Assembly: GCA_964019335.1 (NCBI GenBank)
Contig: OZ025678.1
Span: 372,001-436,000, forward strand
Direction: 5' to 3'
Length of the DNA: 64,000 nucleotides
Source: Diplonema japonicum
Taxonomy: Eukaryota > Protista > Euglenozoa: Diplonemea
Part shown: positions 13,252-22,859 of the stretch, in pieces
How the letters are laid out: each line of letters begins with the position of its first letter
Position numbering within the stretch: the stretch's first letter is position 1
The notes under the pieces: generated by a model
What the model was told of the DNA's origin: nothing
The model's input: only the letters and a program-made list of their open reading frames with translations
Databases searched by the model: none
Position numbers and translations under genes: made by a program

Positions 13252-13640
13252 TGAAAGTATATATATTTTTTTCTATTTTCGAATGAGTAAGATTTCATTC
13301 TATTCTTATTCTCTTTTTTTGGGGGGGTGGGGCGAGGGTTGCTGGGGGGAGGAAAAGGAGAACAAGAAATTGCGCGTTTTTTTCTTTCTCGTGTGTCTAC
13401 TAAACCTTCTTTTCGCTTATGTTGCGGTTTTACCGGTCGGAAAATATTAGGTTTATGCAGTATGACACCCTTCCGTTTTTTTTTTTTTTTTTTTTTTTTT
13501 TTCCCTCCCTCCAAAGGAATTGTTTACCACATGCTTAGGGAGGATGTCAACAAGTGCAGCAAGATATTCTTTTTTTTTTATTTTAAATTCTCCTCCCTTC
13601 TATTTTTTTTCTTATTATTGTACGTATTGGGTTTTTTGTG

Positions 13641-13674
<34 letters not shown>

Positions 13675-14026
13675 GTTTTTTTTTTTCTGTTGGTGTGTTA
13701 ATGTGATCCACCAAAACTCGTAGGTAGCAACAGCTGAGAACAGACTAGAGATAGAGAGAGAAAGGGAGGACGAGGGGAGGGGCGATAGGAATGAAAAGAG
13801 GACTATTTCTTTTTTTCTACGTGTGATTGCGCTTAAGAAGGTCCTGCTCCTTTTTTATATTTTTCTTCCGTATTCTCTTTTCTATTCCCTCCGGACATGT
13901 TTAGTACTACATAGAGGAAATGTCCCCTCCTCTTTTTCTCCTTGTTGTCTCTCACTCTTGCTCTATTACCTTCTGTTTTTCTTCTTCTTCTCTTTTTTTT
14001 GAAAATAAATAACACACCCTCATTCG

Positions 14027-14075
<49 letters not shown>

Positions 14076-14794
14076 GATGGTTACCTACCGTGGGTGCTCT
14101 TACAATTTTTACCTCTTTTTTCTCTTTTTTTTCTTGTTTACCCCCCCTTTTTTTTGCTGTGTTTGAATAACATGTCTTCGCGCTGTGGCTCTTTTTTTTT
14201 TTTTTTTTTTTTTTCTTTTTTCTTTTTTACCCACCCACCCCACTTATTTTGGGTTTCGAACCCCCCTTTTGTTAACAGGTCAAGAGAGGGAGGCCCATGG
14301 AACAAGAAAAAAGAAAGAAGGAAAAAAAAAGTAAGAACTGAGAATTCTCCCGACTACTGATATGCCACCCCCCCCCCCCCCCCCCTCCCTATTGCAAGAA
14401 ATGAAATAACGACATGTGCCATTGTACCAGAAAGGAAGGGGGGAGAAAGAAAAAGAAGAAAATATCCTGGCGTGTTTCATTTTTTTTCGGGTTTACCTTT
14501 TCCTTTCTTTCCCCCCCCCCCTCCGCCATCAGTTTCTACACACACGGTAGGCAACACCAAGCTTCCATGCGCAACAAAAGCTCCCGCTGCTCGGGGGTGT
14601 ATTTTTTCTTTTTTTTTTCTCTTCATTTTTGTCATCTAGAGAGACGCAGAATTTTTGCCAAACAAAAAAAAAATCGACTTCTCTTAGTTTTTTTATTCTT
14701 CCCTTTATGCTTTGCCCCCCCCCCCCCTCTCCATTCTTTCCAAATCCTTTTTGAAGCTCCCCCCTTTTTATCTTCCTTACTTCGTATTCTCCTG

Positions 14795-16291
14795 ATGGCA
14801 TTCTTTCCACAACAACAAAGGACGGCACCTCTCCTTCAAAGGGAGATGGTTGAAGATGAACCGAATTTCATTGTAGTGCAGAGCACGGCTGCGCCCATGG
14901 CGCAGAGTGTGTACAGCCTCTCTGCGAAGTACAGGGGCCAACCCGTATGGACGGCTTCTGGGGGTTCAGGAGGGAGCAGAATTGTATTCACAGCTATGGA
15001 TGGGAAGTGGTATGTGGGTGGCGACGGCAGCCAAGAGCAGGGGTGGATTCGCAGTACGGGCAATGGTGTGTGGCGGCACCCTGGGCTTGTGAAGGCCTGG
15101 GAGGTGCGTCATGGTGACAAGTGGACCCCAGACGAAGCCGTGCGCATCTACGGCGTCCCTGAGCCAGACTCCCTGGTCCACATTGAGATCACCACCTCAC
15201 CTATGATGACCGGCTGGTATACCAAGCGCGCGCCCTCCATCTGGGAGCACCCCGACCGCTACCAGATCACCGATCGCAAGGGCCACTGGTGCATCGCCCT
15301 CGACGGTGCCATCCATGTCGCCACCTCGGCCCCTCACTACGGCGCCCCTCCCTCCTCTTCCTTGGGCTGGACCCTCCTTTCCACTGGTATCGACGAGCGT
15401 GAACGCCGTGTCGTCACCGAAGCCGAAAAATTCAAACAACAAGCAGAAGCCTATCGGACACAAGCCGCGGAGTTCATCAGGCTCGCAGAGCAAGCCGAAG
15501 ACCGCTACCGGCAGGTCATGGACGCGTCCCGTATGGAGAAGGAAGAAAGGGAGGCCACCGTGACGCTCACCCGCAAACGGGAGGCTGCGAAAATAGCTGA
15601 ATCAGCTCTGCATGAAGCACAGCTTGCGGTGGAGAAAGCCACCAAGACACGAACGGGAGGGCTGGAATCTGTGGACGGCGCTGCGAAGCAGAAGGCGGTG
15701 CGGGACAACGCAATGCTAGCAGCAAGGGCGGCGGAGCACGCGACAGAACACGCGAAGAGGCTACGAGGGGCCGAGGAAGAGGAAGCTAGCGAAGAACGGT
15801 TGTCGCAGCCGGCGCAGGCGGCCGGTGTGTGCGCACCCCCGTCGCAGGCAGCTTCACAGCCTGCAGTGTCAGCTGGCCTTTCGGAGGTACAGTCTGAGCT
15901 TGGAACAGAACCAGAGCCGATGCCAGCCCCGGTCCCGACACCAGCACCCCCTGCGTCAATGCTGTCGGAAGTAGTGTCAGAGCCAGGTCCGCAGGAGCTT
16001 GTGAAGGGCGTTGTCATCAATGTCCCTGGGGCAGCTATCTTGTGCGGGAGGTACTTCCCTTGTGACGACCCCCCACACCGCCTGACATTCAAGGACTTTC
16101 ATATCTACGACAACAACGGGTACTGGGCCGTGGGCACCCGGGACGACATCTCGAAAGGTATTGGTTGGCTTGCTTCAGTCCAGAAACACGGGGGCAAGCC
16201 ACCGCAAGACCCTACCCTGGAGTGGCGCAAATGGGTGGGTCATGAGTGGGAGGGCGACAGTAGCATCACAGTCACCGAGTGCACGATATGA
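14795..16291 (+). CDS. Hypothetical protein with three Trp-rich repeats and a central coiled coil
   Basis: ORF from MAFFPQ; three related modules (Y..W..W.V/I G..GW..H.G..P..W) flank an Ala/Glu-rich helix. Confidence 0.75.
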   Translation: MAFFPQQQRTAPLLQREMVEDEPNFIVVQSTAAPMAQSVYSLSAKYRGQPVWTASGGSGGSRIVFTAMDGKWYVGGDGSQEQGWIRSTGNGVWRHPGLVKAWEVRHGDKWTPDEAVRIYGVPEPDSLVHIEITTSPMMTGWYTKRAPSIWEHPDRYQITDRKGHWCIALDGAIHVATSAPHYGAPPSSSLGWTLLSTGIDERERRVVTEAEKFKQQAEAYRTQAAEFIRLAEQAEDRYRQVMDASRMEKEEREATVTLTRKREAAKIAESALHEAQLAVEKATKTRTGGLESVDGAAKQKAVRDNAMLAARAAEHATEHAKRLRGAEEEEASEERLSQPAQAAGVCAPPSQAASQPAVSAGLSEVQSELGTEPEPMPAPVPTPAPPASMLSEVVSEPGPQELVKGVVINVPGAAILCGRYFPCDDPPHRLTFKDFHIYDNNGYWAVGTRDDISKGIGWLASVQKHGGKPPQDPTLEWRKWVGHEWEGDSSITVTECTI

Positions 16292-16389
16292 CGATCTAGA
16301 CATGTTTGTTATGTACCTACAATGTACCTAATGTTGTATAGAGTTTTATCCTTTCTCTTCCAACCACCTTGCACACCACCAGGCATCAA

Positions 16390-17253
16390 ATGGCGACCTC
16401 GTTCAACGACAATGGGATGTACAAGAAGCTTATAACGCCGCAGACGCTGGCCGACATCGAGGAGTTTGACCCGAAGGAGTGCGGGTTCTGCAGGGATGTG
16501 AGCGGCGATGTCAAGGGATGCAAGGCGGACCTCAAACTGTGGGAAAAGCACGTCGTGGTTGTGACCATGCAGAACGCAAGGGAGTGGGACAAGATGCTCA
16601 AGGGCGGGACGAGGAGCGAGAACCTGGTGAAGGCGATCTCTGGAGGGCTTGGGAAGGGCAGCCCTGTGAAGGTATCGTTGGCGTCGTTCGAGTACAACAC
16701 CGACCTGCTGACGGAGGGAGATGTGCTTGTGTTTGAAAATGATAAAGCCCCGTACCTGAAGAAGGACGTGCAAGAGGGTGACGTGGATAGTCTGGTGGCT
16801 GGTTTGAGTTCTGGAACGCCCAGCACCGCTCTCGACAGCAGCTTCCTCATGGTGTGTGCCCACTCCAAGAGGGATGGCAGATGCGGGTACTGCGGCCCTG
16901 TCCTCACCGACCTTGCCCATCAGCAAGCCGATCCCAATCTCATCATTGGCAAAATCAGCCACGTTGGTGGCCATATGTACGCAGGCAACGTTCTCCTGTA
17001 TGACAAGTCAGGCCATGACTGGTTCGGCTACGTTACACCCGAGCTTCTTCCCAGCGTTATGGCTCGTAAGTGGGACACTACCATAACCGCACGCTGGAGG
17101 GGCCGTCTTGGGCACAACGCTGACGGCCTTCTTGCACTTGAGAGAACCCTCCTCGCCCCCAAACCCGCCTTCCCTCAATGTAGGTCCGTTCTCGTCGCCG
17201 GTGTTGCCGCCGTCGCCCTCGCGTGTTTTGTGAGACCCTTTTCCAGAAAGTAG
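16390..17253 (+). CDS. Thioredoxin-like [2Fe-2S] ferredoxin (sucrase/ferredoxin-like, Apd1/Aim32 family)
   Basis: VCAHSKRDGRCG, SHVGGHMYAGN, WFGYVTP and WRGRLG motifs; hydrophobic C-terminal tail. Confidence 0.88.
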   Translation: MATSFNDNGMYKKLITPQTLADIEEFDPKECGFCRDVSGDVKGCKADLKLWEKHVVVVTMQNAREWDKMLKGGTRSENLVKAISGGLGKGSPVKVSLASFEYNTDLLTEGDVLVFENDKAPYLKKDVQEGDVDSLVAGLSSGTPSTALDSSFLMVCAHSKRDGRCGYCGPVLTDLAHQQADPNLIIGKISHVGGHMYAGNVLLYDKSGHDWFGYVTPELLPSVMARKWDTTITARWRGRLGHNADGLLALERTLLAPKPAFPQCRSVLVAGVAAVALACFVRPFSRK

Positions 17254-17576
17254 TCTTTCAAAAGTAGAAGGGGGTAAGGGAAAAAAAAGGAGACGGTGCT
17301 GGCAGCCCGCACCGGTTTCCGCGACCCCCTCCTTGAAAAACAAGAACAAATAAAAAAAAGTTTTTTCTTTTCTTATAAACAGTGCCGTGTGATGCCCTTG
17401 TTTCTCCCCCTTGCCCCCCCCTTTTTTTTTACGCTTTCGTGTTCAAGGATCAGCAGCAAGACCTGCTTGCATCGTGCGAATACGGAAATAATTACCTTGT
17501 CGAGGGCACGCTTCTATCTCTCTGAAATTTTAGATTGCGTTATCAGCTTCCAACACCACCCACCAGACTTTTCAAG

Positions 17577-18619
17577 ATGCGTTTCTCGTCTGTGCTGCTG
17601 CTGTCGATGGGTGTGATGGCCCAGGGCCTCACTGAGGACTACATCAGGATGAACGCGAAGTCTATGTGGTCCGTGTTCAAGCAGGACTACAACAAGGTGT
17701 ACTCCCCCGCGGAGGAGGGGAGGAGGTACGCGATCTTCTACCAGAACATGCTGAAGGCGGCTGAGATGGGTTCCGAGTACGGAGCCTCCCCCTTCGCGGA
17801 CCTCACCGAGAAGGAGTTCTCCGTGTACCACAGCGCCGGCAACGCCTTCAAGAAGGCCCCCAAGCAGCCCCTGAGGAGTTATGCTGATGTCAAGGTCTCT
17901 GCTGACCCTGTGGATTGGAGGCCCAAGGTACAAGAAAGAAAAAAGATAAAAATAAGACAAAATAAAATTTAAATATTTACACTACTATTCTTTTTTTTTT
18001 TTAGGGAGCCGTGACCAACGTGAAGAACCAGGGCCAGTGCGGGTCGTGCTGGGCATTCTCGACAACCGGGAACGTGGAGGGGCAGTGGTTCCTTGCGGGG
18101 CACACCCTGACCTCTCTGTCTGAGGAGCAGCTCGTGGCTTGCGATAAGAAGGACGACGGGTGCAACGGGGGCCTCCCTGTGGACGCGTACAAGTACATCG
18201 AGAGCGCCGGGGGTCTCGAGACGGAGGGGGACTACCCGTACACCTCGGGGACCGGGAAGGTTGAGGCCTGCAAGTTCGAGTCGACCAAGGTGGCCGTGAA
18301 GATCTCCAGCGGGTCGGTCCTCCCCGGGCACGAGGCCTCGATGCTGACCTGGATGGCGGCGAACGGTCCCATGTCGATCGGTGTGTACGCTGGCGGCCTG
18401 AAGTGGCAGCTGTACACCGGCGGGATCATGAAGGGGTGCGAGGTGAGGCAGCCGGACCACGGTGTCCTCATCGTCGGCTACGGCACCGAGAGCAACGTCC
18501 AGTACTGGATCATCAAGAACTCCTGGGGCGCGAGCTGGGGTGAGAACGGTTACCTCCGTGTCACCTACGGGGACAACTCCTGCAACATCCAGAGCATGCC
18601 TTCCTCCTCCAAGATCTAA
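17577..18619 (+). CDS. Cathepsin L-like papain-family (C1A) cysteine protease (intron 17928-18004)
   Basis: Signal peptide and I29-like prodomain; VDWR|GAVTNVKNQGQCGSCWAF, DHGVLIVGYG and YWIIKNSWG motifs. Confidence 0.95.
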
Positions 18620-18835
18620 ATAATAAAATAAAAGCAGATCGCTAGACACCACCACCCCCCACAATCCCCCACCCCATGATGAACTTTTTGAAAACGTTAC
18701 GGGAGGGGGAAATACGAAACCATTCCCTGTTATTCTTTTTTTCTTTTCTTTTTTAACCCTTGTTCCTTTTTTTTGTATTCGCGGGGTGGGAAAGAGTTCT
18801 CTCTTTTTCCCCCCCCATTTCCAAATTTCTTTTTT

Positions 18836-18884
18836 CAGTGAGTACCCTCCCCCTTGCACACTGAAACTTTATCGAATTTCTTTT
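18836..18884 (+). mobile_element. Very short 3'-terminal remnant of LINE family 2
   Basis: CAGTGAGTACCCTCCCCTTGCACACTGAAACTTTATCGAATTT matches CAGTGAGCACCCCCATGCACACTGAAATTTTATCGAGTTT at ~56939-56978. Confidence 0.7.
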
Positions 18885-20691
18885 AGAAACAAAAAAAAGG
18901 AAAGTCGCATTGCCTGCTTCCCTTTTTTTTTCTTCCAAAACCGCGTGATTTTAAAATCTTTCTTTTACAATTGCTGATATTCATTTTTCTTTTTCTCTCC
19001 CCCCCAATTCTTAATCACTTCAGCTACCTGCACAACAACAACAACATATGGATCCATCGATACTTCAGAAGTACGAGCAAGGGGAGCGCCTCGGGTCCGG
19101 CGGACAGGGGTCAGTGTACAAGGTGGTGAGGAGGGTGGATGGAGGTATCTTTGCGATGAAGGTGTTGGAGGCGCCCGCGGAAGAGGTGCACAAGAAGAAC
19201 GTGGAGGAGGTGCAGCACATGCTGAAGCTGAAACACAAGAACCTTGTTCCCTGCCTTGACTTCTTCGAGACGACAAAGCAGCTGGCAAGGGAATCCCTTG
19301 GGAAGGTGTGGCGGGTTCACATCGTGATGCCCCTGTACGGAAAAGGGGACCTCTGCTCATGCGTCCAAAAGGAGGGACCCCTCTCTCCGGAGAGGGCGGA
19401 CAGGCTCTTGCGGGAGATGGGAGGGGTCCTTCAGTACATTCACAGTGAGGGCTTCATCCACAGGGACGTGAAACCCCAAAACATCATGGTGTCGGGGAAG
19501 GGACCTCTTTCTGCGGCCAGTGTTACTTGCGGCGGGGAAGGGGAGGCAGAGTTCATCCTGGCCGACCTGGGACTGTCGAAGGAGGTGTCCTCCGATGGGG
19601 TAGCGAACTCCTTTGCAGGCACACCAGCTTACATGGCACCCGACTTCTTCAACGGAGGACGGCTACACCAACAAAGTAGACATGTGGGCCCTCGGGGTGA
19701 CTGTGTGCAACGTGGTGCTCCAAGAAGACCTGAGGAATCTCTTTCTGAAGTACCTGCATTCTAACCGGGAGCTTGTGATGGGGAAGCTTCAGACCCACCT
19801 CCCCCCTGCCCTCTTGGGGGTTGTGTCCCGCCTCCTCTCCACCGACCCTTTGGAACGCCCCAGTGCACTGGAGATGCTGCAGACGAGACCCCCTGGGATG
19901 GTTCCTCAGCCGACTGGAATTGTTCTTCTTGCTGTTGGGAGTGTTGGTGGAGAAGAGAGGAAAAGGAAGCTCTGCGTGGCAGTGGGGGCAGGAGCGGAGG
20001 AGGTTCGGGTGGCGGCAGCAAAGGCCTTCTCTTCGATGGGGCAGGAGCTCCTCAGGGTTCGCAGGTTGGAGGTCTTCGACAAGGACTTCGGGGAGTTCGT
20101 GGAGGAGGACGACGGGGACATCGTGTTCGAGGACAAGGGACGGGTCCGTGTCGTGTTTGAAGCACCGCTCCCAACCACCGCTACTTCTTCAACCACCAGT
20201 GACAGCAGCATCAACACGCACCCACCTGCTGCGGACAACACCACCCTCACGAAAGAGGAGGGGAGGCTTGCCTTGGTCAGTGCTGTTTCAAAAGGCGACC
20301 TTGAGGAGATGAGGCATCTTGTTCTGGAGCGGGGTGTTGACCCTGGTGCAACGGACAGCGATGGTTTCACAGCCCTGCACTATGCAGCTCGCGGAAACAA
20401 CTGTGTCGAGGCTGTGGCTGCTCTCGTCTGTTCTTACGACCAGGACCCTGGTGTCAGAAGCAACGATGGTTGGACTCCGGTTCATGAAGCAGCAGAGAAT
20501 GGAAATCTCGAGACAGTTAAATATCTTGTTGAAACTCGCGGTCTCAACGCAGGTGTCAAAAGCCACGATGGTTTGACACCGGTTCATCTAGCAGCAGAGA
20601 AGGGCCACCTCGAGACCGTTAAATATCTTATTGAGATATCGGTTCATCTAGCAGCACAGAAGGGCCACCTCGAGACAGTTAAATATCTTAT

Positions 20692-20734
20692 CCCGGATTT
20701 TATTAAAAGTCTCATTCCCGGGGGAAAAAAAAGA
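20692..20734 (+). mobile_element. 43-bp A-tailed insertion in an ankyrin repeat, 5-bp TSD CTTAT
   Basis: CTTAT at 20687-20691 and 20735-20739 flanks CCCGGATTTT...CCCGGGGGAAAAAAAAGA; it adds 16 in-frame codons absent from sister repeats. Confidence 0.7.
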
Positions 20735-21458
20735 CTTATTGAAACTCGCAGTCAGGAAGCAGGTGTCAAATGCAATGACGGTTGGGCACCGGTTCATCTA
20801 GCAGCACAGAACGGCCACCTCGAGACAGTGAAATATCTTATTGAAACTTGCGGTGGCAACGCAAGTATCCAAAGCAATAATGGTTGCATACCGCTTCATC
20901 TAGCAGCAGAGAACGGCCACCTCGAGACAGTTAAATATCTTGTTGAAACTTGCGGTGGCAAAGCAAGTATCCAAAGCAATAATGGTTGCATACTGCTTCA
21001 TCTAGCAGCAGAGAACGGCCACCTCGAGACAGTTAAATATCTTGTTGAAACTCGCGGTCTCGACGCAGATGTCAAAAACAACAACGGTTGGACATCGGTT
21101 CATCTAGCAGCCCTGAACGGCCACCTTGAGACAGTTAAATATTTTGTTGAAACTCGCGGTTGCAACGCAAGTATCAAGAGCAACGATGGTCGGACACCGC
21201 TTCATCGAGCAGCCCTGAACGGCCACCTCGAGACAGTTAAATATCTAATTGAAACTCGCGGTTGCAACGCAAGTATCAAAAGCAACGATGGTCGGACACC
21301 TCTTCATCGAGCTGCACTAAGCGGCCACCTCGAGACAGTTAAATATCTAATTGAAACTCGCGGTTGCAACGCAAGTATCAAAAGCAACGATGGTCGGACA
21401 CCTCTTCATCGAGCTGCACTAAGCGGCCACCTCGAGACAGTTAAATATCTTATTGAAA

Positions 21459-21521
21459 CAGGAGAGGTGCGGCATCACGCACTCTTTCCGTCTCATACAC
21501 AAAAAAAAAAAAAAAAAAAAA
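21459..21521 (+). mobile_element. Extremely 5'-truncated copy of LINE family 1 (42 nt + A21), 10-bp TSD CTTATTGAAA
   Basis: Identical to 26332-26373 plus a poly(A) tail; TSD copies at 21449-21458 and 21522-21531. Confidence 0.95.
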
Positions 21522-22042
21522 CTTATTGAAATTCACGGTCAGGACGCAGGTGTCAAAAGCAATGACGGTTACACATCGCTTCATCTAGCAGCGGAGAACG
21601 GCCACCTCGAGATAGTTAAATATCTTATTGAAACTCGCGGTTGCAACGCAAGTATCAAAAACAACGATGGTTTGACACCGGTTCATCGAGCTGCAGGGAA
21701 CGGCCATCTTGAGACAGTTAAATATCTAATTGAAACTCGCGGTGAGGACGCAGGTGTCAAATGCTACAATGGTCGGACACCGGTTCATCAAGCAGCACTA
21801 AACGGCCACCTCGAGACAGTTAAATATCTTGTTGAAACTCACGGTCAGGAAGCAGGTGTTAAAAACAACAACGGTTGGACACCGGTTCATCAAGCAGCAC
21901 TAAACGGCCACCTCGAGACAGTTAAATATCTTATTGAAACTCGCGGTTGCAACGCAAGTATCAAAAGCCACGATGGTCGGACACCGGTTCATCTAGCAGC
22001 ACTGAACGGCCACCTCGAGACAGTTAAATATCTTATTGAAAG

Positions 22043-22813
22043 GCGAGTAGGCGGGAGGCTCTGCTCAGGACGGTCTTCCGGTACGCGGCGGGACTGGGGC
22101 AAGTGCCAGTGGTGGTCATGGGGGACATGAATGCCGACGGTGAAAGATCGAAGGCGCTGCACGCCGCAGTAATCGGGGGATGGACCGATGCATCGCTGGA
22201 GTGTGCGGAGAGAGAAGGACGGGATCCACCGGTGACGTATCGGCGCAGCGAGGAGAATCAGGACGGAACGCGGATCGACATGATCCTGCTCAATCAGGTG
22301 GCGGCAACAGGCCTGAGATCGTCGAGCACCGTGGAGACCAGCTTCCCTCAACACTGTACGGTAACGGCGGAGCTGGGGACGGAGGCGTTCAGTCAGGCGT
22401 GCCTCGCATACAGGCTTCCGAAAGCCATCGACGTGGACAGCTGGCCGACGTGGTCCAACGAGGAAGAGGACGAACTGGCGGAGGAGTGCGCACGGGGGTG
22501 TGAGGCGCCTTCCCCGGGGGTGGCAGGGGAGTGGGCTAACGTGACGGCCGCCATGGAGGAATACCTGCTCCGAAGAGACAGCGAAGTGACCCACACGCGA
22601 GGGCATCGGGGAAGGGGTGCTCTCCGGGAACCGATTGTCTCGAAGGTGGCTGTCGAGACCCGGTGCAAAGGGAGCGGGGAAGCGACGCTGCGCCAGGTCC
22701 ACGTCATGAAGGCGTTGAACAAGACGGGGGCCGTCCTGAGGATGATGAGGACAGCGGAGACGACGGGGATCGCACTCGCTGCGTTGCGGGAGCCGCGGAA
22801 ACGAGGCAAGTAG
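22043..22813 (+). pseudogene. LINE APE endonuclease, C-terminal part (5'-truncated, frameshifted relative to the RT near 22790)
   Basis: VVVMGDMNA, TRIDMILL and FPQH motifs of AP-endonuclease-like domains. Confidence 0.8.
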
Positions 22814-22859
22814 GTGTTGGGCCAATGCGAGAAGGCAGAGGACGCTCGCAGGCCCACAC

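Larger units (their letters stand above)
20265..22041 (+). repeat. Tandem 102-bp (34-aa) ankyrin coding repeats
   Basis: Recurrent GGCCACCTCGAGACAGTTAAATATCTT with 102-nt spacing; units like TPLHRAALNGHLETVKYLIETRG. Confidence 0.95.

Noticed and set aside
20480-22041. Regularly spaced repeats as a CRISPR array
   Set aside because: The units are wholly repeated 102-bp in-frame ankyrin codons with no unique spacers; eukaryotic context and no cas genes.
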